Positions 1 through 9,851 of a DNA stretch of 64,000 nucleotides are shown piece after piece; position 1 is the stretch's first letter; each line of letters begins with the position of its first letter. The notes beneath the pieces were generated by a model. The model saw only the letters and a program-made list of their open reading frames with translations. It had not been told where the DNA came from and did no database searches. The stretch lies in the NCBI GenBank assembly GCA_964248365.1, contig CAXTYC010000004.1:32001-96000 (forward strand). The letters run 5' to 3'. A program made the position numbers and the translations under genes. This DNA comes from an uncultured Chroococcidiopsis sp. (GTDB lineage: Bacteria > Cyanobacteriota > Cyanobacteriia > Cyanobacteriales > Chroococcidiopsidaceae).

Positions 1-235
1 GTGCAAGAGGTGTGAAACTAAACTTTACCTTTTTTCCCAATTGCATCAAGATGTTTAGTAGAAGAAAGTCCCATTAAATCTAAGGAAATAGCATTTTTAA
101 GTCATGAGTAATTCTTTGGTGAAAGTGTTGGGTAAAATGAGTAATCACTCATGAATGTTTAAGTTTTGAAAATTCATCCCAATAAATACTCATTATCCGA
201 GCATTTGGTGGGCGTGGGTGGCATACAAGACAAAA

Positions 236-718
236 TTAACCACTGATTTCATCAATAATTGATTGCAATGCTAGTCTTTGGCGGATTTCTTGACGCACAC
301 TCATGAGAATTTTCCCTAAGTGGTTTTGACCAGTTTTATCCCCACCACAACCCCAGAAACAATCAGTGGGTGAATTTTCGACAATTAGGTGATCGCCTGT
401 AGAAATTAAAATAGCTTGAATGTCTGTATGAGTAAGAAACTTTGTGAGTACAGCTAGGTGCATCACTTGGGTTTTGACTTGTTCCCAGTCGGAACGGACA
501 GTACGAGTGCGATCGCGTCCTAATGCAGCCGCCACATCTGGCGTTGGCGCAGCGTGAATTACAGGAATGACAACAGCATCGGGCGTTCCCACAAACTTTT
601 GTGCTTGATAATAATGCTCTACCGTTGACCAGTGCGTACCCTGTAAATCAATAGGGTGGGGCGAAAAGTTAGAAAAACAGCCATAATCGTCATTTACCTT
701 GTAAAAGTAAATAGTCAT
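236..718 (-). CDS. NADAR family N-glycosidase (YbiA-like)
   Basis: FSNF, WSTVEHYYQAQKF, ENSPTDCFWG and GQNHLGKILM motifs typical of NADAR. Confidence 0.92.
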   Translation of the reverse strand: MTIYFYKVNDDYGCFSNFSPHPIDLQGTHWSTVEHYYQAQKFVGTPDAVVIPVIHAAPTPDVAAALGRDRTRTVRSDWEQVKTQVMHLAVLTKFLTHTDIQAILISTGDHLIVENSPTDCFWGCGGDKTGQNHLGKILMSVRQEIRQRLALQSIIDEISG

Positions 719-966
719 TACTAAATCGCTTTTTTAAACACCACCTTTAATCATGCCCGTAGATGCCCCTGGAAGTCTCCTAGCTTATAGACAAAACCGT
801 AAGAGGGACATGATTAGCCTTGTCTTTGGACAAGTATGCGCGAGAGGGAAAATTACGAAGCCACGAATTACAAATTATTACTAAAGTCGCCCTTACCGCA
901 AGGCAGAAGAATTTTTTAGCTTGCAAATGCCATTGTGATAGCGAAGTCTATAAATGAGGTTTGAAT

Positions 967-1449
967 ATGGAAGCGAAAGGTGAACCACATCTACGGTATA
1001 GTCCGTTAATTACTGCTGGAATCTTACTCGGTTTAGGCACTGGTGGGTTATTTGATGGCATTTTACTACACCAAATCCTGCAATGGCATCATATGTTGAG
1101 CAGTGTTCGACCTGCCACAACTGTCGCCCAAATGGAGTTAAATATGGTCTGGGATGGCTTATTTGATGCTGCCACTTGGATACTAACTTTATTGGGAGTA
1201 CTATTTCTATGGCGGGCGGGTAAGCGTGATGATGTACCTTGGTCTTCAAATACCTTCTTTGGCTCTTTGCTACTAGGTGCAGGTATTTTTAACGTAGTTG
1301 AGGGATTGATTGACCATGAAATTCTTGGAATTCATCATGTCAAACCAGGACCAAATGAGTTAGCTTGGGATATCGGATTTCTCGCCCTTGGTGCTATCCT
1401 GGCTACGCTTGGCTGGATACTCGTACAGGCAGGCAAAAGAGCACTTTAG
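967..1449 (+). CDS. DUF2243 family membrane protein
   Basis: DGILLHQILQWHHMLS, WDGLF and DHEILGIHHV motifs; 4 hydrophobic segments; ATG at 967 preferred over TTG at 961. Confidence 0.85.
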   Translation: MEAKGEPHLRYSPLITAGILLGLGTGGLFDGILLHQILQWHHMLSSVRPATTVAQMELNMVWDGLFDAATWILTLLGVLFLWRAGKRDDVPWSSNTFFGSLLLGAGIFNVVEGLIDHEILGIHHVKPGPNELAWDIGFLALGAILATLGWILVQAGKRAL

Positions 1450-1506
1450 CAGAGTTGCCCAGGGGCAGAGTTGCCCAGGAGAAAATCTAATCCAAGGTCC
1501 CCAAAA

Positions 1507-1583
1507 TCCTCTCGCCTCTGGTTCCTCTAGTTCCTCTCGCCTCTGGTTCCTCTAGCCCCTAGCCCCTAGCCCCTAGCCCCTAG
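1507..1583. repeat. STRR tandem repeats (CTAGCCC heptamers and a CCTCTCGCCTCTGGTTCCTCTAG duplication)
   Basis: Tandem copies read directly, just upstream of the 1587 ATG. Confidence 0.9.
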
Positions 1584-1586
1584 TTT

Positions 1587-2231
1587 ATGACATTTGGTGA
1601 ATTTGAAAAAAATAGCTGGGGTTGGCAACTTTCCCAGTTGCAACAGCAAGCAGGGGAGTGGATAGAACTTCAACTGTCGCGCTTTGGCTCAAACCTGCCA
1701 AACCTGCCAAAATGGTCTTTGCCTGGATGGTCAATAGACTTAATTCGTGTGATCGCATCGCTAATACTAGGATTAGTACTGATGAGGCTTTTTTGGCAGC
1801 TATGGCGACTGTTGCAGCCTTATCTATATTCCTTTATTTCCCCCATAGCCTCAACAACTAAAGTTACCACCTTGGTAACCCAATTATCGCCGGAAGCATG
1901 GTTCGCGCGATCGCAAACCTATTTCAGGGCTGGTAACTATCGTGAAGCTTGTCGTTGCCTGTATATGGCAATGTTGCAACGCTTGCATGATAATGCGATC
2001 GCTCCTCATCAATCTAGTCGCACCGATGGGGAATATCTGCAATTAGTGAACTCTTTACCCCAGTCCCAGTCTTATCAAACTTTGATCGCCACTCACGAGC
2101 AGTTATGCTTTGGCAATGCACAGATTTTACCAGAGACTTATGACGCTTGTCAGCAAGCCTATCAGGAGATTGATATCTCGTTTTATTCAAATAATACTCC
2201 TACACGGCAGCAGGGGGAACTGGGGGAATAA
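1587..2231 (+). CDS. DUF4129 domain membrane protein (MoxR-associated)
   Basis: One TM segment, then YREACRCLY...SRTDGEY...HEQLCFG; first gene of the MoxR cluster. Confidence 0.85.
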   Translation: MTFGEFEKNSWGWQLSQLQQQAGEWIELQLSRFGSNLPNLPKWSLPGWSIDLIRVIASLILGLVLMRLFWQLWRLLQPYLYSFISPIASTTKVTTLVTQLSPEAWFARSQTYFRAGNYREACRCLYMAMLQRLHDNAIAPHQSSRTDGEYLQLVNSLPQSQSYQTLIATHEQLCFGNAQILPETYDACQQAYQEIDISFYSNNTPTRQQGELGE

Positions 2232-2237
2232 GAAAAA

Positions 2238-3329
2238 ATGAAACGATCTAAGCGTGTGTGGTGGTTAGGTGGGATCGTCCTAGCAGTAATTATTCTAATT
2301 ACCATTATCGCAGCTCCTGGTAATAACAAGTTAGGATCTGGCTCCACCTATAACCGCGCACCCGAAGGTTATGGAGCTTGGTATGCTTTTATGCAACAGC
2401 AAGGGACGACCGTACAGCGTTGGCAAAAGCCTTTTAGCGATTTAGAAAAGTTCAAACGCCCTATCACTTTGTTACGTATTAACAGTCAGCTAAGTTTAGC
2501 TCCGCTAGAAGGGCAAGAGCGAGAATGGTTAGAAAAAGGCAATACTTTAGTAATTTTAGGCAAGTGGGGACAGGTTACACAAGCAGATTTTAGCACCTTG
2601 CCGCCAAGTGAGGTAGGCAGGATCAAAATTGACACCAGACGACGAGGACAGGTGGACGAGAAAAAAATGCTTTTGGGCGATCGCTTCGGTGCTGTAGTAT
2701 GGGTTGAAAAGATTGGTAAAGGACAAGCAATTTACTCGACCACACCCCATTTAGCAGCTAACGCCTATCAAGACTACCTGGACAACTATAAGTATTTAGC
2801 TCAACTAGTCAACTCTTCTGGTAAATCAATATGGGTAGATGAATATATTCACGGCTATAAAGATGCAGATGCAATTACTGTAGCCGAACGAGATTTGTTC
2901 ACATATTTAGCTCAAAAGCCCCTATTTCCAGCCTTAATACAAGCAGGAATACTTTTATTAGTATTGATTTGGGCGAAAAATCAGCGGTTTGGCGCTCCAA
3001 TAGCCTTAGATACACCAATAGTTGATAATAGCACCGCCTATATTGAAGCCCTAGCGCTTGTGTTGCAAAAAGCAGAATCAGGCGATTTTGTTTTGGAGAT
3101 GGTAGGTTCAGCAGAACAGATGCAACTACAAAAAGCATTGGGACTAGGGCAAATACCAGTAGATAGCCAAATACTAGTAAAAGCTTGGGTGGAACAAACA
3201 GGGCTAAAGCCCACCCAACTAGAACACCTGCTACGGCTACAATCTCAAAAACGCCGCATGAGTGACAAAGAATTACTTACCTGGCAAGGATTATGGCAAA
3301 CAGTCCGCAGTTATGTTAAACCTGTGTAG
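2238..3329 (+). CDS. DUF4350 domain protein (MoxR-associated)
   Basis: N-terminal TM, STYNRAPEGYGAW, VDEYIHGY, C-terminal TM followed by RFG; operon context. Confidence 0.85.
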   Translation: MKRSKRVWWLGGIVLAVIILITIIAAPGNNKLGSGSTYNRAPEGYGAWYAFMQQQGTTVQRWQKPFSDLEKFKRPITLLRINSQLSLAPLEGQEREWLEKGNTLVILGKWGQVTQADFSTLPPSEVGRIKIDTRRRGQVDEKKMLLGDRFGAVVWVEKIGKGQAIYSTTPHLAANAYQDYLDNYKYLAQLVNSSGKSIWVDEYIHGYKDADAITVAERDLFTYLAQKPLFPALIQAGILLLVLIWAKNQRFGAPIALDTPIVDNSTAYIEALALVLQKAESGDFVLEMVGSAEQMQLQKALGLGQIPVDSQILVKAWVEQTGLKPTQLEHLLRLQSQKRRMSDKELLTWQGLWQTVRSYVKPV

Positions 3330-3359
3330 TCTTTATGTTTTGGTAATTGCTAATTGGTG

Positions 3360-3493
3360 AAAAGGGAAAAGGGAAAAGGGTGAGGGGGCGCTCGTGCGCT
3401 CGTGCGCTCGTGCGAGAGGCGATAAATTTAGCTCCCCTTTGCTCCCCTTTGCTCCCCTAGCCCCTAGCCCCTAGCCCCTAGCCCCTAGCCCCT
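3360..3493. repeat. Mixed STRR tract (AAAAGGG, GTGCGCTC x3, CTAGCCC)
   Basis: Tandem short repeats read directly; the GCGCTCGTGCGCTCGTGCGAGAGGC unit recurs at about 36342. Confidence 0.85.
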
Positions 3494-3496
3494 CAA

Positions 3497-4447
3497 ATGC
3501 TCGAAACCCGTGACGTATTCCTTCGCCTTAACCAAGCCCTCAACTCGTTTGTTGTTGGTCAATCCGAGTTAGTGCAACAACTGCTAGTGGCGCTGTTGGC
3601 GGGTGGTCATGTAATTTTAGAAGGTGTACCAGGTACGGGTAAAACACTATTAGTGAAGGTGTTGGCGCAACTGATTGGGGCAGAATTTCGGCGCATTCAG
3701 TTAACACCGGACGTATTACCATCTGACATTACTGGTACAAATATTTTGGATCTCAATAGCCGCAGCTTTACCCTGAAAAAGGGACCTGTATTTACCCAAG
3801 TACTTTTGGCAGATGAAATTAACCGCACTCCACCGAAGACGCAAGCTGCACTGTTGGAAGCGATGGCAGAACAGCAGGTAACTTTGGATGGTGAGAGTAT
3901 ACCATTACCAGAGCCATTTTGGGTAATTGCAACTCAAAATCCTTTGGAATTTGAGGGTACTTATCCTTTACCAGAAGCACAACTAGATAGATTTTTGTTC
4001 AAGCTAGTGGTGGATTACCCAGATATTAGTAGTGAAAAGCAAATGTTGCTCAATAGTCAAGCAGGTTTTGGGGCGCGACGGCTAGATATTGCCCGCATCA
4101 AGCCTGTAGCAACGGTAGAGGTGATTTTACAGGCACGTAAGGCGGTAAAAGAGATTAAGGTAGCCCCCGCGATTGTAGATTATTTGCTGGGTTTGGTTGT
4201 GCGATCGCGTCAACATCCCGATCTCGCTTTAGGTGCTTCTCCCCGTTGTGCTGTAGCATGGTTGCAAACTAGTCTTGCGGCGGCTTGGCTGTCGGGAAGA
4301 GATTATGTCACACCAGATGATGTTAAAGCAGTAGCACCACCTCTACTACGTCATCGTCTCATCCTCAGACCAGAAAGTCTGCTAGATGGTATACAAATAG
4401 ATGGACTAATTGCTAGCTTATTAAATCAAGTACCAGTACCAAGATAA
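3497..4447 (+). CDS. moxR: MoxR family AAA+ ATPase
   Basis: Walker A GVPGTGKT, RIQLTPD, LLADEINR, ATQNPLEFEGTYPLPEAQLDRF, GASPR. Confidence 0.96.
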   Translation: MLETRDVFLRLNQALNSFVVGQSELVQQLLVALLAGGHVILEGVPGTGKTLLVKVLAQLIGAEFRRIQLTPDVLPSDITGTNILDLNSRSFTLKKGPVFTQVLLADEINRTPPKTQAALLEAMAEQQVTLDGESIPLPEPFWVIATQNPLEFEGTYPLPEAQLDRFLFKLVVDYPDISSEKQMLLNSQAGFGARRLDIARIKPVATVEVILQARKAVKEIKVAPAIVDYLLGLVVRSRQHPDLALGASPRCAVAWLQTSLAAAWLSGRDYVTPDDVKAVAPPLLRHRLILRPESLLDGIQIDGLIASLLNQVPVPR

Positions 4448-4618
4448 GCTGAGGGGGCTGAGGGAGCTGGGGAGACAAATTAACAATTACCAACTACCAC
4501 GCTAAGGATATATATATTCTGATAATCAAATAGTATTTGATATTTTTACTCGCGCTTAGGAGTACTTATTAATTACGGTAGCTTAAAAATCAAACAATTT
4601 AGGGATAATTATAATAGC

Positions 4619-5917
4619 ATGAATGAACCTAAAAGTCAAAATCATTCCTCACCCATTTGGCAGCGCATACCTCTTTACTTACAAATTCTCGTTGCCCTAA
4701 TTTTGGCTATTGGCGTGGGGATTTTACTTGGTGCAGGTAATCCGAATGCAGCAAATGCTAATTTTATCAATAACTTGGCAATTCCAGCCGAACTGGTACT
4801 GAAAGCTCTACGCGCCTTAGCTACACCGCTGATTTTGGTAGCAGTGTTGCATACTTTCTTAACTACAAATATCCCAGGTACAGCAGGAAGGCGGCTGGCG
4901 GTATTGTTGTTAACTAATACCACAGTCGCCATCTTGGTAGGGCTTTTAGTTGCAAACGTCATGCGTCCAGGTACTTGGGGGCGTGTCGCAGTCCCACAAG
5001 GAACACAATCCGCCACTCCAAACCTCGATCCTTGGTCACTGATTAAAGATGCTGTACCAGAAGCGGTTCTTAAGCCCCTAGTTGACAACAATGTTATTCA
5101 ATTAATTGTTATCGCCCTCAGTTTGGGTATAGTCCTACGTGCCATTAAAAGCGAACAAGTAGCTCAAAACAAAACAGGATTTGAGGCAATTGAGGATATA
5201 ATCGGAATTTTGTTTGAAGCGATTATCCGTATTCTGGGCTGGGTAATTGCCCTAGTGCCAATAGCCGTCTTTGGCATTGTAGCTAAAACGATCGCAACCC
5301 AAGGCTTTGCACCGTTTAAATCTTTAGCTGCTTTTATCATAGCAGTGCTGGTAGCGCTGGTGTTGCAAGCTTGCTACTACCTCACCAGAGTTAAATTTGG
5401 TTCTTGGGTGAATCCAATAAATTTCCTCGCTGGTGGTTCCGATGCCTTTTTAACAGCTTTCTCTACGTCTTCCTCAACAGTGACAATGCCCATTACATTT
5501 GAGGTATTGCAGAGAAAAATCGGCTTGCGCGAATCTTCTGCGTCTTTGGGGGCGTTAGTTGGTGCAAATTTCAACAATGATGGTACTGCGTTATATGAGG
5601 CGATGTCTGCATTGTACATCTCGCAAGTACTAGGGCAACATCTAAATTTGATACAGCAGTTGATTGTCGTCCTCACATCAATTTTTGCATCTGTGGGGGC
5701 TGCTGGTATTCCCAATGCAGGATTGGTAACGATGACATTGGTATTTACTTCCGTCGGATTACCAACAGAATATATAGCCATACTAATTACAGTTGACTGG
5801 TTTCTTGATCGCTGTCGGACTGCGATCAACGTCATGGGAGATATGACAGTCAGTGCATTACTAGATGGTAAAAAACGTTCCCTAGAACAGCAAGAAGATA
5901 GGGCTAAAGTCGCTTGA
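4619..5917 (+). CDS. Dicarboxylate/amino acid:cation symporter (GltP/DctA family)
   Basis: AFSTSSS, GANFNNDGTALYE and DWFLDRCRTAINV motifs. Confidence 0.93.
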   Translation: MNEPKSQNHSSPIWQRIPLYLQILVALILAIGVGILLGAGNPNAANANFINNLAIPAELVLKALRALATPLILVAVLHTFLTTNIPGTAGRRLAVLLLTNTTVAILVGLLVANVMRPGTWGRVAVPQGTQSATPNLDPWSLIKDAVPEAVLKPLVDNNVIQLIVIALSLGIVLRAIKSEQVAQNKTGFEAIEDIIGILFEAIIRILGWVIALVPIAVFGIVAKTIATQGFAPFKSLAAFIIAVLVALVLQACYYLTRVKFGSWVNPINFLAGGSDAFLTAFSTSSSTVTMPITFEVLQRKIGLRESSASLGALVGANFNNDGTALYEAMSALYISQVLGQHLNLIQQLIVVLTSIFASVGAAGIPNAGLVTMTLVFTSVGLPTEYIAILITVDWFLDRCRTAINVMGDMTVSALLDGKKRSLEQQEDRAKVA

Positions 5918-5930
5918 CAAATAATAAATT

Positions 5931-5951
5931 GTAGGGTGGGCAATGCCCACC
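5931..5951. repeat. GTAG-type REP/SDR palindrome GTAGGGTGGGCAATGCCCACC
   Basis: Hairpin; related copies at about 44743, 46070-46090 (reverse), 52467 and 60392. Confidence 0.85.
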
Positions 5952-6022
5952 TTGCTTAATAAATTGATAATTTAGCCAAACCATCCCCACCTTACAGTTA
6001 ATAATTTAGCATTATTCCAGAA

Positions 6023-7330
6023 ATGATTCCCGCAACAAGAGTCTACATATTATTACTATTGGGAATAGCGATCGCCCCCCTACTTGCAACTATTTGGAAT
6101 GTATCGCTAAGCATTCTAGTAACACTGCTATTTGACAGCATTGTACTAGGACTAATGATTATAGATAGTCTATTGGTACGTCGTCACCGCGTTGAAATCG
6201 CACGTCAGCTAGCACCGCGACTGTCAATAGGGCGAGATAATCCTGTCACCCTATCAGTAAAATCGGGGAAAAAACAGGCTAAATTACAAATAGGCGATCG
6301 CTACCCTACCTTATTTGGCGTATCCACACCAGCACAATCGATTTCCCTACCAGCCAACACTACCCAGGATTTAACATATACTGTTCATCCAAAGCAAAGA
6401 GGTGAGTTTGCTTGGGGGGATATTCAAGTCAGACAATTGGGACAATGGGGATTAGGGTGGGATGATTGGAAAATTCCCCAAACTCAGAAAATCAAAGTTT
6501 ATCCAGACTTGGTAGGATTGCGATCGCTCTCAATTCGTCTTACCCTCCAATGTGCTGGTTCAATTCGTAAATCGCGTCAACGGGGAATAGGTACAGAATT
6601 TGCCGAACTGCGCGAATATGGTACTGGTGACGATCTGCGTTTGATTGATTGGAAAGCAACCGCCCGTCGCAATCGTCCATTAGTAAGGGTATTAGAACCA
6701 GAACACGAGCAAACACTGATTATCTTACTCGATCGCGGACGCTTGATGACCGCTGGGGTATCTGGGTTAAAGCGATTTGACTGGGGTTTGAATGCAACTT
6801 TGGCTTTAGCCTTAGCGGGAATAACACGAGGCGATCGCCTAGGTGTAGGTGTATTTGATCGCCAGATGCATACCTGGATTAGACCAGAACGCGGTCAATT
6901 TCAATTAAACCACTTAATTGATCGCTTGACACCAATTCAACCTGTATTACTCGAATCTGATTATCTAGGGGCTGTAACAAGTGTAGTGCAACAGCAAACA
7001 CGACGGGCGCTAGTGGTGTTAATTACAGACATAGTAGATAACACCGCCTCAGCCGAACTCCTAGCAGCATTGGGAAGACTCACACCGAAATATTTACCGT
7101 TTTGCGTGACATTGCGCGATCGGCTTGTTGATAAACTGGCACATACTTCCACTAATGATATTAAAGCAGTTTATTCTCGTGCTGTCGCCTTAGATTTATT
7201 ATCTCAGCGTCAAGTAGCTTTTGCTCAGTTGAAACAAAAAGGCGTGTTGGTATTAGATGCACCAGCAGATCGAATTACAGATGAATTGGTAGATAGATAT
7301 TTGCAACTCAAAGCGCGAAATCAACTTTGA
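6023..7330 (+). CDS. DUF58 domain protein (vWA-like, MoxR-associated)
   Basis: GTEFAELREYGTGDDLRLIDWKATAR signature, LLDRGRLM. Confidence 0.93.
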   Translation: MIPATRVYILLLLGIAIAPLLATIWNVSLSILVTLLFDSIVLGLMIIDSLLVRRHRVEIARQLAPRLSIGRDNPVTLSVKSGKKQAKLQIGDRYPTLFGVSTPAQSISLPANTTQDLTYTVHPKQRGEFAWGDIQVRQLGQWGLGWDDWKIPQTQKIKVYPDLVGLRSLSIRLTLQCAGSIRKSRQRGIGTEFAELREYGTGDDLRLIDWKATARRNRPLVRVLEPEHEQTLIILLDRGRLMTAGVSGLKRFDWGLNATLALALAGITRGDRLGVGVFDRQMHTWIRPERGQFQLNHLIDRLTPIQPVLLESDYLGAVTSVVQQQTRRALVVLITDIVDNTASAELLAALGRLTPKYLPFCVTLRDRLVDKLAHTSTNDIKAVYSRAVALDLLSQRQVAFAQLKQKGVLVLDAPADRITDELVDRYLQLKARNQL

Positions 7331-7360
7331 TATTTTTGACAGGAGAAGGCTTTTACTTTG

Positions 7361-8494
7361 TTAGGCATGAACCATTAAATATTGACCGTTCCCATTATAT
7401 TCACCATCACAACTTGCAAAGTTGCAAATAAACCAGATTAAATAAAACCTCCATATCCGGCGAAACTTAGCATAATCCATTCCATAATTTAAATCTTTTA
7501 TTGTTGCCTGGTTGTCATCAAAATTATTTAACCAGTTGGCAAATGTTTGAGAGTAATTAGAGCCATTGAGATACCATCTTTTTATGGTTTTGAGATCTTT
7601 GTTATGGCTAGGAACTGCATCATAATTCCAGAACCGACCGTGAGGAAAAATATATTTGTGGGTGAAAACGCTGGAAATATTGTTAGGGGTACGCACTGTG
7701 ATGATGTGAATAAAAACTTTGCCATCATCCTTCAAAAAAGCTGCTAATTTTTGCAAGGATTTAGTTAAATTACCAATATGCTCAAAAACGCCTATTGAAA
7801 GGATTTTATCAAACTTTGTCTCAAATTCTGCATCATTTAAATCTCCTTCATGTAGAGTAAATCGACCTGAGCTTAAATAGCTATCAGGATCTTGCATTTT
7901 GTGGCGGATATATTCACATTGCTCATGGCTCAAATTCAAACCCGTAAACTTTACGTTAGGGAACTTGGAAAGAATATAATTAGGAACGCAGCCCCAACCG
8001 CACCCAAAGTCTAAAATATTGTCTCCATCCTTGATGTCTAACTTGGCAATTACATCATCAATCATGTGCATTTGGCATTGCTCAAGGTTAGATGCTCCTT
8101 TTTCCCACAATCCCATGCTGTACTTAGGATAAATCAGTTTCCAGTCGCCCAACATTCTATTTAGCATGGCTTGAGGCAAATTATACTGAATCTTCATCAA
8201 ATCCTGCGAGCCTTCGGCAAGATGATCGGTTTCTTTTAATACCCATTCATAGGGTACTAATAGTGAAGGAAAATACTTAAAAAAGATTGGCATACAAGCA
8301 TCGAACAGCGATCGCACAACTGAATCAGGAACTTCCAATCCATTGATATAAGCTTCTGCTACTGCCATTTGTACCATGTTAACTATCCCTACTACTTCAC
8401 GGGTAGCTTTATATGCAAATGCACTTTTAAGATTTACATCTCCTACAACAGGAATATACTTCTCTATATCTTGCAGCATCGTGCTAGCATTCAT
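7361..8494 (-). CDS. SAM-dependent methyltransferase, cyclopropane-fatty-acyl synthase / N-methyltransferase-like
   Basis: KYSMGLW, ILDFGCGWG, SIGVFEHIG, KYIFPHG, NYSQTFANW. Confidence 0.88.
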   Translation of the reverse strand: MNASTMLQDIEKYIPVVGDVNLKSAFAYKATREVVGIVNMVQMAVAEAYINGLEVPDSVVRSLFDACMPIFFKYFPSLLVPYEWVLKETDHLAEGSQDLMKIQYNLPQAMLNRMLGDWKLIYPKYSMGLWEKGASNLEQCQMHMIDDVIAKLDIKDGDNILDFGCGWGCVPNYILSKFPNVKFTGLNLSHEQCEYIRHKMQDPDSYLSSGRFTLHEGDLNDAEFETKFDKILSIGVFEHIGNLTKSLQKLAAFLKDDGKVFIHIITVRTPNNISSVFTHKYIFPHGRFWNYDAVPSHNKDLKTIKRWYLNGSNYSQTFANWLNNFDDNQATIKDLNYGMDYAKFRRIWRFYLIWFICNFASCDGEYNGNGQYLMVHA

Positions 8495-8606
8495 AGTGAT
8501 ACTCCGTACAGCTCTTGAAGCTTAGTATATAGTATTACAAGCAACAACTGTTGAAAAAACAGTTAATTTTTGTTTTAATTATTCAGAGATAAATTCAAAA
8601 AAGTTT

Positions 8607-9707
8607 ATGAATTTGATTGACAAGCAAACGCTAATTCCCCAAGCTCAGTATGCCAAGACATTACGACCGCTTCTTCCTAAAGAAGCATTTATACCTGATC
8701 CCAGTAAATTAGTCATATTATTTATTAATCTGGCAATATTAATTCTAGGGTGGGCGATCGCACAGCGGCTCGATTGTTGGTCTTTATATCTTTTATGGCT
8801 TTATTTACCTTTAGCAGTGGTGATGGGAAATAGCGTCATTCTCTTGCTATTTAGTTCCCACGATCTCATGCATGGTAGTGTAATTAGAAATTCCCGACTG
8901 ATTTATATCCTTAGCTTTATAGGGCTAACCATGTTTTGGATGCCTACGACTTTATGGAAAGTTGTTCACAACCAAGTGCATCACAATAACACGAATTCCT
9001 TAGCCGATCCCGATCGCAATTACTTATCAGAGCAGCCTAATACGTGGGGAAAATGGATTCAGAATCTGTTTGTACCTTCTAGCGAGGTAAACCTCATAGG
9101 ATTAACAGTGGGAATGGCGACAGCATGGGGAGTCCATACTTTCCGCAATTTAACCTCTGTACTGTTGTTTAATTCTGAATCAGTCGATTATGTTCCTGCT
9201 GCCTTTAGAGTCAGTGCTAAAGAACGTTGGAAAATTGCTGGGGAATTTATTGTAATTTTAATAATTCATTTCAGTATCTTGGCTTATTTGAAATTTAGTC
9301 TACTAAAACTCGTATTTAGTTACTTTTTACCCATTGGTATCGGCTATGCGGGAGTGATGTTTTATATTTATACAAATCATATGCTTTGCCAAATGACAAG
9401 CGTTAACGATCCATTACTTAATAGCCTTTCTTTACGGATGCCTAAACTATTTGATAAATTACATTTAAATTTTTCCTACCATACAGAACATCATATTTTT
9501 CCTGGTATTAACTCTGACTATTATCCAATAGTTCAAAAGTTATTAGAAATACACTATCCTGAGCGCATAAATTTATTGAATGCCGATGATGCTTGGCGCT
9601 TACTGATGCAAACTCCAAGACATTACAAAAATGAAAATACCTTGGCAGATTGGTCAGGAGAAAATTCTGTTACTTGCCCTCTTATTCAAAAATATAAAAT
9701 GGATTAG
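8607..9707 (+). CDS. Membrane-bound fatty acid desaturase family protein
   Basis: Three His boxes HDLMH, HNQVHH and HTEHH; TM segments. Confidence 0.9.
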   Translation: MNLIDKQTLIPQAQYAKTLRPLLPKEAFIPDPSKLVILFINLAILILGWAIAQRLDCWSLYLLWLYLPLAVVMGNSVILLLFSSHDLMHGSVIRNSRLIYILSFIGLTMFWMPTTLWKVVHNQVHHNNTNSLADPDRNYLSEQPNTWGKWIQNLFVPSSEVNLIGLTVGMATAWGVHTFRNLTSVLLFNSESVDYVPAAFRVSAKERWKIAGEFIVILIIHFSILAYLKFSLLKLVFSYFLPIGIGYAGVMFYIYTNHMLCQMTSVNDPLLNSLSLRMPKLFDKLHLNFSYHTEHHIFPGINSDYYPIVQKLLEIHYPERINLLNADDAWRLLMQTPRHYKNENTLADWSGENSVTCPLIQKYKMD

Positions 9708-9799
9708 TGCCGAGGGAACTGTTGTAGATTATGTCGAGGATTTGGATGGAGTCATATTGCACCAAAATAAAATTATATATAGCAATCCGCGCATCATTC

Positions 9800-9851
9800 G
9801 TATGCCACCCATGCCCACCGTTATCATATTTGGTGGGCATGGGTGGCATAC
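9800..9851. terminator. Perfect 20-bp inverted repeat of REP-like units between convergent genes
   Basis: GTATGCCACCCATGCCCACC (9800-9819), 12-nt loop, GGTGGGCATGGGTGGCATAC (9832-9851); terminator role is inferred. Confidence 0.65.

Noticed and set aside
7361..8494. Naming the gene cfa
   Set aside because: Motifs fit the wider CFA/N-methyltransferase family; the substrate cannot be assigned
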